NCBI GenBank assembly: GCA_963663255.1
Contig: OY760141.1
Coordinates: 2,184,208-2,248,207 of the forward strand
From: Acidimicrobiales bacterium
GTDB taxonomy: Bacteria > Actinomycetota > Acidimicrobiia > Acidimicrobiales > Bin134
DNA length: 64,000 bases
Direction: 5' to 3'
The notes below the pieces were generated by a model that was not told where the DNA came from, ran no database searches, and saw only the letters and a program-made list of their open reading frames with translations. Each line of letters starts with the position of its first letter. The first letter of the stretch is position 1. Shown piece after piece: positions 47,887-57,970 of this stretch. The position numbers and the translations under genes are program-made.

Positions 47887-48924
47887 ATGAGCGCGATAAC
47901 CGCAGCCGAGACCATCGAGGAGTGGGTGGAGCTGGCCCACGCCGAGGGGCTGACCGACGGGCTGCCGGTGTATCCCCCCACCCTGGCGGCGGTCGACGCC
48001 CTTGTTGTTGCCTCGGACCGGGACCCCGAACAGCTGCTGGGAGCCATCCCTCCCCGGGGCGGGGCGGCCACCGTGGAGGTGGTAGCAGCCAACGCAGTCA
48101 TGGCCGGATGCCGCCCCGAGCACTTCGAGGTGGTGCTGACTTGCGTTGAGGCCATGCTGGAGGATCGCTTCAACTTACGGGGAGTGGTCACCACCACCCA
48201 TCCGTGCTGGCCGCTGGTCATCGTGTCGGGGCCGGCTGTCGAGCGGCTCGAAATGGCTCACACCGAGTCGGTGTTCAGCGGCGGCGGGGCCCACGCCAAC
48301 GCGGCCATCGGCCGGGCAGTGAAGCTCTTGCTGTGGAACGCCGGTGGAGCCACCCCCGGGGAGCCGGTCAAAGAGGTATTCGGCCATCCCGGCCGCTACG
48401 CCTTCTGCGTAGCTGAGTCGCCCAACAGCCCGTGGCCCGCTCTGCACCAAGCCCGCGGTATCGACTCCGACAGCGGGATCACAGTGTTTGCCTGCGAGTC
48501 CCCCACCAGCGTGGCCATGTGGGGGGCCGACGACACCCCGATCAATCGCCTAGCTCAGTTGGCCGACGCCATGGCCATCAAGGGGTGCAACAACACCCAC
48601 ACCATGGGCGAGACCCTGGTGGTGCTCACCCCCAACGAGGCCCGCCACTTGGCCGAGAACGGCTACGACCGGGCCGACGTGCAACAAGAACTGTGGCAAC
48701 AGGCCAGGCGGCGCATCGGCGACCTGCTCTCCCCTGGTGTTCCCCCCTATGCCTGGTGGCCCGACTGGGTGGACACCGACGATCCCGACACGCTGGTGCC
48801 GGTCACCGAGCGCCCCGAGGACATTCACGTGATGGTCACCGGCGCCGAATCGATCCCCTGGATGGCAGTGTGCGCCGGATGGGGCAACCTGGGCGGCTAC
48901 GCCGTAAGCCGGGCGCTGGGCTGA
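47887..48924 (+). CDS. uncharacterised conserved protein, partner-family paralogue 2 (adjacent to UGSC selenoprotein)
   Basis: 345 aa. It is homologous by eye to 24686..25732 (shared DGLPVYPPT, NAVMAGCRPE, TTTHPCWP, AIGRAVKLLLWNAGG, VCAGWGNLGG). The gap to the upstream gene is 4 nt. Confidence 0.7.
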   Translation: MSAITAAETIEEWVELAHAEGLTDGLPVYPPTLAAVDALVVASDRDPEQLLGAIPPRGGAATVEVVAANAVMAGCRPEHFEVVLTCVEAMLEDRFNLRGVVTTTHPCWPLVIVSGPAVERLEMAHTESVFSGGGAHANAAIGRAVKLLLWNAGGATPGEPVKEVFGHPGRYAFCVAESPNSPWPALHQARGIDSDSGITVFACESPTSVAMWGADDTPINRLAQLADAMAIKGCNNTHTMGETLVVLTPNEARHLAENGYDRADVQQELWQQARRRIGDLLSPGVPPYAWWPDWVDTDDPDTLVPVTERPEDIHVMVTGAESIPWMAVCAGWGNLGGYAVSRALG

Positions 48925-48945
48925 GAGAACTGGCAGGATTGAGGG

Positions 48946-49494
48946 ATGAAGTTGCTCGGCGAGCTGGTTGATCCCCGGGGCAAGGTAGTGCTCAACGACG
49001 GCGAGTTGGCCCCCCGCCGGGGCCACACCCAGGGGCGACTGACCATCGGCTTCCTAGTCAACGAATTCAACCCCTCCTCAGGCCCCGACTTCACCCGCTA
49101 CACCGAGGTGCTGGAACGGGAATTCCGCCATCGCCTGGATGTGACCGCCGTGGTCCGCCAGCACAAGCCGGTACTCAGCCGCCCGGCGGGCGACGAGATG
49201 CTGGCCTCGTTCCGGGCTTGCGCCGGGGTGGTCAACGGCCTGGCCAAATGAGGCTCATGCACGTCGGGCAGTGTGCTCGACGCCGTGAACCTGGAGAGGC
49301 TGGGCATCCCCACCGTCACCGTGGTCACTGAGCCCTTCACGGTGGCCGCCGACACAGTGGCCCGCTCCCTGGGCCTGCCCGATGTCCCCCGAGTAGTGAT
49401 CCCCCACGACTACCTCAGCGAAGACACCGACGCCATAGCCAAGAAACTCGAACCCCTGCTGGAAGAGATCGTCGACCGGCTGCTGGTTCGCTGA
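48946..49494 (+). CDS. UGSC-motif selenoprotein (in-frame TGA at 49249..49251 read as Sec)
   Basis: Tracked ORFs 48946..49251 and 49273..49494 share a frame. The read-through sequence is ...AGVVNGLAK-U-GSCTSGSVLDAVNLERLGIPTVTVVTEPF... It is collinear with locus 1 (VVTEEF/VVTEPF, LPYP/IPHD). GAGGG lies upstream of the ATG. Confidence 0.75.
49262..49282 (+). promoter_or_regulatory. candidate SECIS-like hairpin downstream of TGA 49249..49251
   Basis: RNA CGUCGGG-CAGUGUG-CUCGACG. It has a 7-bp stem including one G-U pair and a 7-nt loop, and begins 10 nt after the UGA, the same spacing as in locus 1. Folded by eye only. Confidence 0.4.
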
Positions 49495-49518
49495 ACGGCC
49501 GGGCAGCCAGACGGCTGC

Positions 49519-50727
49519 TTAGCCGCTTTGCTCTTGGAATTCCTCGGGGCTCTTGATGCGCCCGCCGTCTTTGAACAAGATGTCGTTGTAGCCCTGGCCG
49601 GGGGGGATGAACTCGGCCCAGAGGGGCTTGTGGTAGCCCAGGTAGATGGTGCGGCGGCCACCGGATTCGGGGGCTGCCGTGGGGGGCGGGGCGCCGTGCA
49701 TGGTGTGGCCGTAGTGAACTGTGACGTCGCCGGGAGAGGCGCTGATGGCCACCGTGGGCCAGTCGTCGCGCACCTGGCGAGCCCGGTTGGACGATTTGTT
49801 CGAGCCGGCCAGATAATGGAGCTGGCCATTGGCCTCGGTGCACTCGTCGAGCTGGATGCCGATGCTCACCGTGGGACAGGTAACTGAGTGCCCGCCGGTG
49901 CCGCAGTCCCGGTGCCAGGGCAAATCGGCCAGGCCCTCCACGATGCTGGGCAGCTTGATGACCACCGATACGCCGTCACCCCGCTCGGGATAGGCGGCGA
50001 AGTCGTCTCCGCCCAGCGCGCCGATGGCGTCCAAACGGCGGTCGCCGATCAGACCGAGCATCCGCTCGCTGCGGTCATCCATGTGGGTCACCCGGCAGCA
50101 CACTTCCTCGCCGTCGGCGTTGGTGGCCCACCAGGAGCGGTGATCGTCGGGGGTGGCTGCGCTCCGTTGGCGCTCCACCTCAGCCCGCAGGGCCTCGATC
50201 TCCACGGCGCTGAACACGCCTTGGATGTGGAGGAATCCGGCCTCGTCGAGGAACCGGCTCATCTCCTCGTGGTCGTCATCCAGGGTGAAGCTCCGTGAGA
50301 GGTCCACCGTGGGTTCCCACCCCTCATACAGGGGGCGGCCGTGGTACATGGCCAACAGCACCGGCTCGAAGTCCTCGAACAGCCCGAAATCACCTCGGAC
50401 CATCTCGGCGGCTTCGGCATACAGCAAGCCGACCCAGGTCCACAGCTCGGCCACGTAGTTCGACCAGTCCTGCTCGCTGACCTCCACCACCAGCTCGGCA
50501 TCGTCGCCGGGGCGGAGCTCCACACCGTCATCGCGGATCGCATAGGTAATCGACCGGCCGTCGGTCAGCCGCCAGGCGAAGCTCTTGACCAGGGCCCCGG
50601 CACCGATGCCCGCAGCCAGCGCTCCATGGCCCGCGGCGAGGCGCCGGGGCAGCTCATCGGCATGGAAATCGTCGAAGTCCAGGGAGTCGAATAGGGGAAG
50701 ACGGGGGGCTTGGTCCACTACAGCCAT
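49519..50727 (-). CDS. phytanoyl-CoA dioxygenase (PhyH) family protein with an extra N-terminal domain
   Basis: The C-terminal half (FLHIQGVFS...LPWHRDCG...GQLHYLAGSNK...VHYGHTMH) fits the Fe/2OG PhyH fold. The N-terminal ~140 aa may be SCP2-like, which is uncertain. Confidence 0.7.
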   Translation of the reverse strand: MAVVDQAPRLPLFDSLDFDDFHADELPRRLAAGHGALAAGIGAGALVKSFAWRLTDGRSITYAIRDDGVELRPGDDAELVVEVSEQDWSNYVAELWTWVGLLYAEAAEMVRGDFGLFEDFEPVLLAMYHGRPLYEGWEPTVDLSRSFTLDDDHEEMSRFLDEAGFLHIQGVFSAVEIEALRAEVERQRSAATPDDHRSWWATNADGEEVCCRVTHMDDRSERMLGLIGDRRLDAIGALGGDDFAAYPERGDGVSVVIKLPSIVEGLADLPWHRDCGTGGHSVTCPTVSIGIQLDECTEANGQLHYLAGSNKSSNRARQVRDDWPTVAISASPGDVTVHYGHTMHGAPPPTAAPESGGRRTIYLGYHKPLWAEFIPPGQGYNDILFKDGGRIKSPEEFQEQSG

Positions 50728-50784
50728 GACGAGAATTTAGTCCACAGCGGCCGATGGACCCCGAAGCGGCAGGCAGAGACCGAG

Positions 50785-51618
50785 CTAGAACTCCATCCCC
50801 GCATAGGGGTCGGTGGGATTGCGGCGGGCCTCGATGTCGGTAAAGCGCACCGCGGCCGCCTCCGGGGTGATGTCGTGGGTGAACACCCAGAACCGGTCTT
50901 CGGTGATGGCATCCGCGACTTTGGTGGCCACATCCGATGGTGCAATGCCCCGAGCGCTGAGCGTCTCTCGCAGCGGGGTCATGATGGCGTTCTGAGTGGC
51001 GGTCAGCTCCGCTCCGTAGGGGCGATTGCGCTCTGAGTGGAAGATCTGGGTGTTCACCAGGTTGGGGCACAGGCACGACACCCCGACACCTTGGGGATGC
51101 ACCTCTCGCCACAGCGACTCGGTCAGACCCACAACGGCGTGCTTGGTGGCGCAATACATGCCCAGCACGCTGTTGGTGACTAGTCCGGCCTCCGACGCGG
51201 TGTTGACGATGTGGCCCTCCCCCGCTTCCACCATGAGCGGCGCAAACGTGATCACTCCGTGGGCCACGCCCATCACGTTCACTCCCACGATCCATTCCCA
51301 CTCCTCGGGCGTGGTCTCCAGCATCAGTCCGGCCGGCCCCACGCCAGCGTTGTTGCACACCACATGCACGCCGCCGTATGACGACAGGGTTTGCTCGGCC
51401 AGGTCTTGCACCGAGGCCACGTCGCTCACATCGCAGAGCACGCCCAGCACATCGGCGCCCTCGGCCCCTAGTTGGGTGGCCGATGCAGCCAATGCCTCCT
51501 CCTCCACATCGGCCATCACCACCTGCATGCCCTCGGAAACAAACTTCTTGGTCAGCGCGAATCCGATCCCACTGGCCGCCCCGGTGACCACGGCGACCTT
51601 GCCATTGAGCTCTTTCAT
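50785..51618 (-). CDS. SDR family oxidoreductase
   Basis: The internal start MKELNGKVAVVTGAASGIGFAL gives NNAG and YCATKHAV catalytic motifs. The long upstream extension in the track is antisense to the neighbouring SDR. Confidence 0.85.
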   Translation of the reverse strand: MKELNGKVAVVTGAASGIGFALTKKFVSEGMQVVMADVEEEALAASATQLGAEGADVLGVLCDVSDVASVQDLAEQTLSSYGGVHVVCNNAGVGPAGLMLETTPEEWEWIVGVNVMGVAHGVITFAPLMVEAGEGHIVNTASEAGLVTNSVLGMYCATKHAVVGLTESLWREVHPQGVGVSCLCPNLVNTQIFHSERNRPYGAELTATQNAIMTPLRETLSARGIAPSDVATKVADAITEDRFWVFTHDITPEAAAVRFTDIEARRNPTDPYAGMEF

Positions 51619-51741
51619 GGTCAAGACCTCTCTTTCGCTCCGCTGGAGCCTCATATTGCCAGGGTTGTTTGCCAGTCGATGATTTTTGGCCAACGCGGCC
51701 ATGACAGGGCAGCTAGGGCGACAGGCCGTAGGGTGAGGGGG

Positions 51742-52581
51742 ATGGCTGATCCTGTTGTCGATCTCACCGGGGCCGTTGTGATCGTGGCCGGGGCCGGAGG
51801 AGGGGGAATAGGCACCTGTTCGTGTGAGGCCGCACTGGCAGCCGGAGCTGAGGTGGTGGCTGTGGAGTGGTCTACAGAAGAACTGGACAAGCTCGACCTG
51901 CTCTCCCGCCCGGTTGTCAAAGTCCAAGCCGACCTCACCGATCCCGACGCCCCCACAGCCGTTGTCCGAGCCGCAATCAACGCCCACGGCCGCATCGACG
52001 GGCTCGTCAACGTGGCTGGCGGCACCGGCATCGACGACTTCGGCCCCCTGGTGGACATCGACCACCAAGGCTGGGACCGGGTCATGGCCAACAATCTCCG
52101 CTATGTGGCCTTCCTCAACCGGGCGGTGGCCCGGGCCATGATCGACGCTGGCGCCGGCGGGGCCATGGTCAACGTCTCCTCGGTGAGCAGCCTGGCCTCC
52201 CAGCCCTTCCTGGCCGCCTACGGCGCGGCCAAAGCCGGACTCAACTCTCTGACCCGCACCATGGCCGTGGAGTGGGGCAACCATGGCATTAGGGTCAACG
52301 CCATCGCCCCGGGCACAATCACCACCCCCCGGGCCGGCGATCAGGAGTCTCCCGATGCGGCCAAACGGGCCATCCCCCTCGGCCGCCGGGGCCACCCCGC
52401 AGAGATCGCCGCCGCTGCGGTGTTCTTGCTCAGCCCCCAGGCCAGCTACATCACCGGGCAGGTGCTGGCGGTGGACGGGGGCATGTCGGTGAAGCTGGCC
52501 ATGCTCGGCGACGACAACGCCCCGGTGTTCGTCACCGACCCCGAGGTCCGAAACCGGATGATTGGATCGAACCGCCAATGA
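51742..52581 (+). CDS. SDR family oxidoreductase
   Basis: Start MADPVVDLTGAVVIVAGAGGGGIG, with NVAG, YGAAKAGL and PGTITTP motifs. Confidence 0.85.
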   Translation: MADPVVDLTGAVVIVAGAGGGGIGTCSCEAALAAGAEVVAVEWSTEELDKLDLLSRPVVKVQADLTDPDAPTAVVRAAINAHGRIDGLVNVAGGTGIDDFGPLVDIDHQGWDRVMANNLRYVAFLNRAVARAMIDAGAGGAMVNVSSVSSLASQPFLAAYGAAKAGLNSLTRTMAVEWGNHGIRVNAIAPGTITTPRAGDQESPDAAKRAIPLGRRGHPAEIAAAAVFLLSPQASYITGQVLAVDGGMSVKLAMLGDDNAPVFVTDPEVRNRMIGSNRQ

Positions 52582-53300
52582 GCGGTGAGCGCCATCGGTT
52601 TGCTGACTGGGCTGGTCAAGACGAAAATGCCCCTGAGCTGGTGGCTGCGGCCACCGTGGTCCTTCTGCGCGATGCCCCCGAAGGGCCGGAGACCTTGATG
52701 ATGCGGCGCAATTCCAAGCTCAGCTTTGTCGGCGGCATGTGGGTGTTCCCCGGCGGTCGGTTGGACGACGACGACTACCCCGTCGGGCAACCCGATGACG
52801 TTTTCGCGGCCAGCCGAGCGGCCGCAGTGCGAGAAGCCGCCGAGGAGGCCAACCTGGACATTGGCATTGACAACCTGGTGCCCTACTCCCACTGGGTGCC
52901 CCCCACCACCATTGACAAGCGGTTCGCCACCTGGTTCTTCCTCGCCCCTGCGCCCGCCGGCGCGGTTACCGTGGATGGCGGCGAGATCAAAGAGCACGCC
53001 TGGTGGCGCCCGGCCGACACCCTGGCCCGCCACGCCGCCGGCGAAATTGATATGGTCCCGCCCACTTTCGTCACCCTGATGGAGTTGGCCGAGCATCCCA
53101 CCGTCGACCATGCCTTGGCCGCGGCCCGTGGCCGAGCCGACGACATCCCGCATTACGCCACCCACATCGGCCTCGACGGCAAGGTTCCGGTGTCGATGTG
53201 GCACGGCGACGCCGGCTACGACACCAATGACGCCAGCGTGCCCGGTCCCCGGCATCGCCTCACCCTGCATGAGGGCGGCTGGCGGTTCGAGCGGACATGA
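52578..53300 (+). CDS. NUDIX hydrolase
   Basis: Nudix box GGMWVFPGGRLDDDD...AAVREAAEEANL. ATGA overlap with the upstream gene. Confidence 0.8.
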   Translation: MSGERHRFADWAGQDENAPELVAAATVVLLRDAPEGPETLMMRRNSKLSFVGGMWVFPGGRLDDDDYPVGQPDDVFAASRAAAVREAAEEANLDIGIDNLVPYSHWVPPTTIDKRFATWFFLAPAPAGAVTVDGGEIKEHAWWRPADTLARHAAGEIDMVPPTFVTLMELAEHPTVDHALAAARGRADDIPHYATHIGLDGKVPVSMWHGDAGYDTNDASVPGPRHRLTLHEGGWRFERT

Positions 53301-54685
53301 GCCGCGGCGCCACCCGCGAGCCCGCGGTGTTGCGCCGGGCGCCGGCCGCGCTCATCGCCGCCCTCGTTGTCCTCACCGCCGCGCTCATCGGGGCCTGCGG
53401 GTCCGGTTCGGACGACTCCCCAGTCGAGATCGCTACAGCCGCTCCCCAGCCTTCATCGGCGCCGGTACCGACCACCACGCTGCCCGCCGACCTAGGCCCG
53501 GTGACCCACGCCGACCCCGTGTTCCAGCCTGATGGCAACCGGCTGGCCACCGGCTTGGGGCTGGGCACAGGTTTCATTCAACAGGTAACCACCAAGGACA
53601 TAAATCTCGGCAGCAACCCCACGTGGGTAACCGGCGCCAGCACTCCCGACGGCGACGTCTGGGTGGTGGCCCTAGCCGACGGGACGGTGGTCGGTTACCA
53701 GGTTCCCATCGGAGGTCAGCCGGTTGAGATCAACGTCCCCGGCGAACGGCTGATCCCCGGCCAGCCGCCGGTGCTGGCTGTCCAAGGTAGTTCGGTGCGG
53801 CTGGCCACCACGCCGGCCAATGCGTCGCCCAACAGCATTCCCGTGTATCTGACCGGAAGCCGCGCCGTCTATGTGGACAACCTTCAACGGCTCACCGTCC
53901 TTGAGCCCGACGGCACCCTGTGGCGGCCCGACCTTGAGGTTCTGCCCGACTCCCGAGTCGTCCAGATCAGCCCCGAGCAGGTGCTCGTACTAGCCGAGCC
54001 GACCGACCGATATCCCCACTCCTCCCTGGGCGACAATCTCGAGGCGACCACAGCCGTGGTGGTGACAGTGGGGGTGAACGAGGTCGAGACGATCTACCGA
54101 TCTGAGGATGACGTCATCGAGTCCATCGCTCCCCTGCTGGCCGATGTGGACGGCGACGGGATCGACGACGTGGCCCTTACTGTCAGCAACGACCGGGAGG
54201 CCTGGATAGTGGTGGCATCGAGCACTGGCAGCGGCGTGGTGGCGACCAGCGATCCGGTGGACCGCCTATTGGGCTGGCGGCAACTGGTGGCCGTGGGCCC
54301 GCTTGGCCCCAACGAAGAGGCCGAGATCGTCGAGATCCTCTATCCCGACGACAACGGCTCGGTCCGGTTTCTGTCTCTGGTCGGGAGCGAATTGCCGGTG
54401 GTGGCCACCCGCACGGGCTACCGGTCCCACGAATTCGGGTCCCGCAACCTCGAACAGGTACTGGCCGCCGACGTCGACCGAGATGGCCACATAGAGGTGA
54501 TCGTGCCCACCCTCGACCGGCAGAATATCGCCGGCGTCCGCCACGGCCCCGACGGAGCCGTGGACATGTGGAGTCGTCCCCTGGGTGGAACGCTGGCCAC
54601 CAACATCGCCGTGCTGACCCGCCCCGACGGCACGCTGTCGATAGCCGCCGCAACCCTTGAGGGCTCCCTGCGTATATGGCAGTGA
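53297..54685 (+). CDS. lipoprotein with FG-GAP/VCBS-like repeats (probable beta-propeller)
   Basis: Signal peptide plus lipobox-like LIGAC. The DVDGDGIDDVAL and DVDRDGHIEVIV motifs are Ca-binding repeats. Confidence 0.65.
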   Translation: MSRGATREPAVLRRAPAALIAALVVLTAALIGACGSGSDDSPVEIATAAPQPSSAPVPTTTLPADLGPVTHADPVFQPDGNRLATGLGLGTGFIQQVTTKDINLGSNPTWVTGASTPDGDVWVVALADGTVVGYQVPIGGQPVEINVPGERLIPGQPPVLAVQGSSVRLATTPANASPNSIPVYLTGSRAVYVDNLQRLTVLEPDGTLWRPDLEVLPDSRVVQISPEQVLVLAEPTDRYPHSSLGDNLEATTAVVVTVGVNEVETIYRSEDDVIESIAPLLADVDGDGIDDVALTVSNDREAWIVVASSTGSGVVATSDPVDRLLGWRQLVAVGPLGPNEEAEIVEILYPDDNGSVRFLSLVGSELPVVATRTGYRSHEFGSRNLEQVLAADVDRDGHIEVIVPTLDRQNIAGVRHGPDGAVDMWSRPLGGTLATNIAVLTRPDGTLSIAAATLEGSLRIWQ

Positions 54686-54736
54686 GCCAGTACAAGTCCG
54701 ACCGCACCCATTCAGAGCCGATAGCTTCAAAGCCTG

Positions 54737-57109
54737 ATGGCCCCTGAGACCGCTCCGCACCCGACAGCCGAGGTCAATCCGGCGAGAGGACTGGCCAGCG
54801 AACAGGTGGCTGAGCGAGTGGCCGCGGGTCGCACCAACCAAGTGCCGGATGCCCCGGTGCGCACGCTGCCCCAGATTCTGCGGGCCAATGTGTTCTCCCC
54901 GGTTAACGGCATAATGCTGGCGCTTTTTGCCGCAATCTTGATCGCCGGGTTCCCCCGCGATGGGCTGTTTGTGGGAGTGGTGGTGTCCAACGCGGTCATC
55001 GGGGTGGCCCAGGAGATTCGGGCTAAACGCGAGCTGGACAAACTGGCAGTGCTCAGCGCTCCCAAGGCCCGGGTGGTGCGCGACGGTGAGGTCTCCGAGG
55101 TTGGCGTCAGCGAGGTGGTGGCCGACGAAGTGCTGGAGTTGGCCCCCGGCGATCAGGTGGTGGTGGACGGGGTGGTCCTGACATCTTCCGGGCTGGAGGC
55201 CGACGAGTCACTGCTCACCGGCGAGGCTGATCCCATGGGGAAGGAGGCCGGCGACGAGTTGCTATCGGGCAGTTTCGTGGCCGCGGGCAGCGGGAGGTAC
55301 CAGGCCACCCGTATCGGTTCCGAGTCCTACGCCAGCTCCCTGTCGGAAGAGGCCAGGCGCTTCACTCTGGTCAATAGCGAGCTGCGCCGGGGCATCGACA
55401 CCGTGCTGCGCTGGCTGATCATCATCATCCCTCCGGCATCGGCGCTGCTGATTTTGGTGCTGCTCGACACCGAGGATCGTTGGCAGAACGCCCTCCAGGG
55501 CACGGTGGCCGCCGCAGTGGCCATGGTCCCTGACGGTTTGGTGTTGCTCACCAGCCTTTCATTTGTCGCCGGGGTCGTCGCCCTGGCCCGCCGTCAAGCG
55601 CTGGCCAAGGAGCTGGCCACAGTGGAGCTCCTGGCCCGCATCGACGTGCTGTGCCTGGACAAGACCGGCACCATCACCACCGGCCACATCAGTTTCGGCG
55701 AGGTGGAGACCCTGCCCGACGTCGATCCTGTTCTGGTCGCCACCGCTCTCGGGGCCTTGGCCCATGCCGATGAGGCCCCCAACGCCACCATGCTGGCCGT
55801 ACGTGACGCCTACCCCGCACCTGACGGCGGCGATATCGGTGGCTGGACCCCGGTGGGGGCCACTCCGTTTTCCAGCGCGCGTAAGTGGTCGGCTATGGAG
55901 TTCCGCAGCCACGGCGCCTTCTACTTCGGCGCCCCCGACGTGATCGCCAACGACCTTCCTGCGGTGATGGACCGAGTAGCAGATCACGCGGAAGCGGGCC
56001 GGCGCACTCTGCTTTTGGCCCACTGTCCCGAGCCTTTGGCCGACGAGACGCTGCCCGAGAATCGGACCCCGTTGGCCCTGATCCTGCTGGAGGACACCAT
56101 CCGCCCCGACGCCCCCGAGATTCTGGCCTTTTTCCGGGAGCAGGGGGTGAACCTCAAGGTGATCTCCGGTGACCACACCGCCACGGTGGCCGCGGTGGCC
56201 CAGCGGGCCGGCATCCCCGACGCCCACAACCACATGGACGCCCGGGACCTGCCCGACGATACCGACGAAATGGCCAGGGCACTTGCTGAAAATGCGGTGT
56301 TCGGACGGGTCACTCCCCAGCAGAAGCAGGCCATGGTGGGGGCGCTCCAGTCGAGAGGCCACACCGTGGCCATGACCGGCGACGGCGTGAACGACGTGCT
56401 GGCTCTCAAGAACGCCGACATGGGCATCGCCATGGGCAGCGGCTCGGCTTCCACCCGGGCGGTGGCCCAGTTGGTGCTGCTCGACAACTCGTTCGCCACT
56501 CTGCCGGAGGTGCTGGCCCAGGGGCGCAAGGTGATCAACAACGTTGAGCGGGTAGCCAACCTGTTCGTGACCAAGGCCTCCTACGCCGTGCTGCTCACCG
56601 TGCTGGTGGGCATCTTCACGGTGGAGTACCCGTTTCTTCCCCGCCATCTCACGCTGGTGGGCACGTTCTCCATCGGCGTGCCCGGGCTGTTTTTGGCCCT
56701 GGCCCCCAGCACCGAGTTGATCCGCCCCGGTTTTCTGACCCGAGTGCTGCGGTTCTCGATCCCTGCTGGGGTGCTGGCCGCGGTGGCGTCGTTTTTCGTC
56801 TACGAGATCGCCCGTCGCCACGACGAAGTGACCCTGCCAGAGGCCCGCACGGTGGCCACGTTCACCTTGCTGGGAGTAGGGCTGGTGATCTTGGTGGTAA
56901 TCAGCCGTCCGCTGCGCCCGTGGAAGATCGGTCTGGCCGCGGCCATGGCCGGGTCTTACCTGCTGGTGATGGTATGGCCATGGGCCCGGAATTTCTTCGA
57001 ACTGGACATCCCCCCGGCCTGGATGTGGATCCCCACCATCGCCGCAGTGCTCATCGCCGGCGCCGGCGTGGTTACCATCCCCCGAGCCTTGAGGAGATAC
57101 CAGCACTAG
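54737..57109 (+). CDS. cation-translocating P-type ATPase
   Basis: Phosphorylation site CLDKTGTITTG, TGE-type actuator region (LTGEADP), hinge MTGDGVNDVLALKNADMGIAMG, and 10 TM helices. Confidence 0.9.
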   Translation: MAPETAPHPTAEVNPARGLASEQVAERVAAGRTNQVPDAPVRTLPQILRANVFSPVNGIMLALFAAILIAGFPRDGLFVGVVVSNAVIGVAQEIRAKRELDKLAVLSAPKARVVRDGEVSEVGVSEVVADEVLELAPGDQVVVDGVVLTSSGLEADESLLTGEADPMGKEAGDELLSGSFVAAGSGRYQATRIGSESYASSLSEEARRFTLVNSELRRGIDTVLRWLIIIIPPASALLILVLLDTEDRWQNALQGTVAAAVAMVPDGLVLLTSLSFVAGVVALARRQALAKELATVELLARIDVLCLDKTGTITTGHISFGEVETLPDVDPVLVATALGALAHADEAPNATMLAVRDAYPAPDGGDIGGWTPVGATPFSSARKWSAMEFRSHGAFYFGAPDVIANDLPAVMDRVADHAEAGRRTLLLAHCPEPLADETLPENRTPLALILLEDTIRPDAPEILAFFREQGVNLKVISGDHTATVAAVAQRAGIPDAHNHMDARDLPDDTDEMARALAENAVFGRVTPQQKQAMVGALQSRGHTVAMTGDGVNDVLALKNADMGIAMGSGSASTRAVAQLVLLDNSFATLPEVLAQGRKVINNVERVANLFVTKASYAVLLTVLVGIFTVEYPFLPRHLTLVGTFSIGVPGLFLALAPSTELIRPGFLTRVLRFSIPAGVLAAVASFFVYEIARRHDEVTLPEARTVATFTLLGVGLVILVVISRPLRPWKIGLAAAMAGSYLLVMVWPWARNFFELDIPPAWMWIPTIAAVLIAGAGVVTIPRALRRYQH

Positions 57110-57942
57110 TGACTGACGACTACCAGGACATCGCCTATTCGGTGGACGACCGGGTGGCGGTGATCACCCTGAACCGCCCCGAGAAGCTCAACGCCTTCAG
57201 CTCTTTGATGGGCACCGAGCTGTCCGACGCCCTGCGCCGCTGTGATGCCGACGAGGAGGTGCGGGCGGTGGTCGTCACCGGAGCGGGTCGGGCCTTCTGT
57301 GCGGGCGCAGACTTCTCCGGCGGACCAGGAGTGTTCGGCCCCCCCGACCCCGACGGATTCCGCTCCGACGCCCTCGAGTTCCATCCCTGGGATGTGCGCA
57401 AGCCGGTCATCGCCGCCATCAACGGTCATGCCGTGGGCTTGGGCATGACCATTGCCCTCCAGTGCGATATCCGCTACATCGCGGCCGACGCCCGCTGGGG
57501 CATCGTCCAGAACCGCCGAGGAGTGCTGCCTGATTTCCGCTCCCATTGGACCCTGCCTCGCACGGTAGGCCACGCCAAGGCGCTGGAGATCCTGCTCACC
57601 GGCAAGATGTACACCGGCACCGAGGCGGCGGAGATGGGGCTGGCAACGGCCGCCCTCGATGCCAGCGAGGTGCTGCCCGCCGCCATGGAGGCCGCCAAAG
57701 ACATCGCCGTAAACGTGGCCCCGGTTTCGGTCGCCCTCAGCAAACGGCTGCTGTGGACCACTTCGCCCGGCGACCAGGGAGTTATCAACGATCTGGAGCG
57801 GCGCATCCACCTCCATGTCATGGGCCAGCCCGACGCCACCGAGGGAGTGATGGCCTTTTTGGAGAAGCGCCCGCCAGAATGGTCTCTCACGCTGGCCGAC
57901 CACTGGCCCGACTGGATGCCCCCTGCCACCCAAGACGAGTAG
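57109..57942 (+). CDS. enoyl-CoA hydratase/isomerase family protein
   Basis: The GTG at 57109 overlaps the ATPase stop by 1 nt. Motifs VAVITLNRPEKLNAF, AFCAGADF and GHAVGLGMTIALQCDIR are present. Confidence 0.85.
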   Translation: MTDDYQDIAYSVDDRVAVITLNRPEKLNAFSSLMGTELSDALRRCDADEEVRAVVVTGAGRAFCAGADFSGGPGVFGPPDPDGFRSDALEFHPWDVRKPVIAAINGHAVGLGMTIALQCDIRYIAADARWGIVQNRRGVLPDFRSHWTLPRTVGHAKALEILLTGKMYTGTEAAEMGLATAALDASEVLPAAMEAAKDIAVNVAPVSVALSKRLLWTTSPGDQGVINDLERRIHLHVMGQPDATEGVMAFLEKRPPEWSLTLADHWPDWMPPATQDE

Positions 57943-57970
57943 AGCCACCCAGGATCAGTAGGGTCACAGG

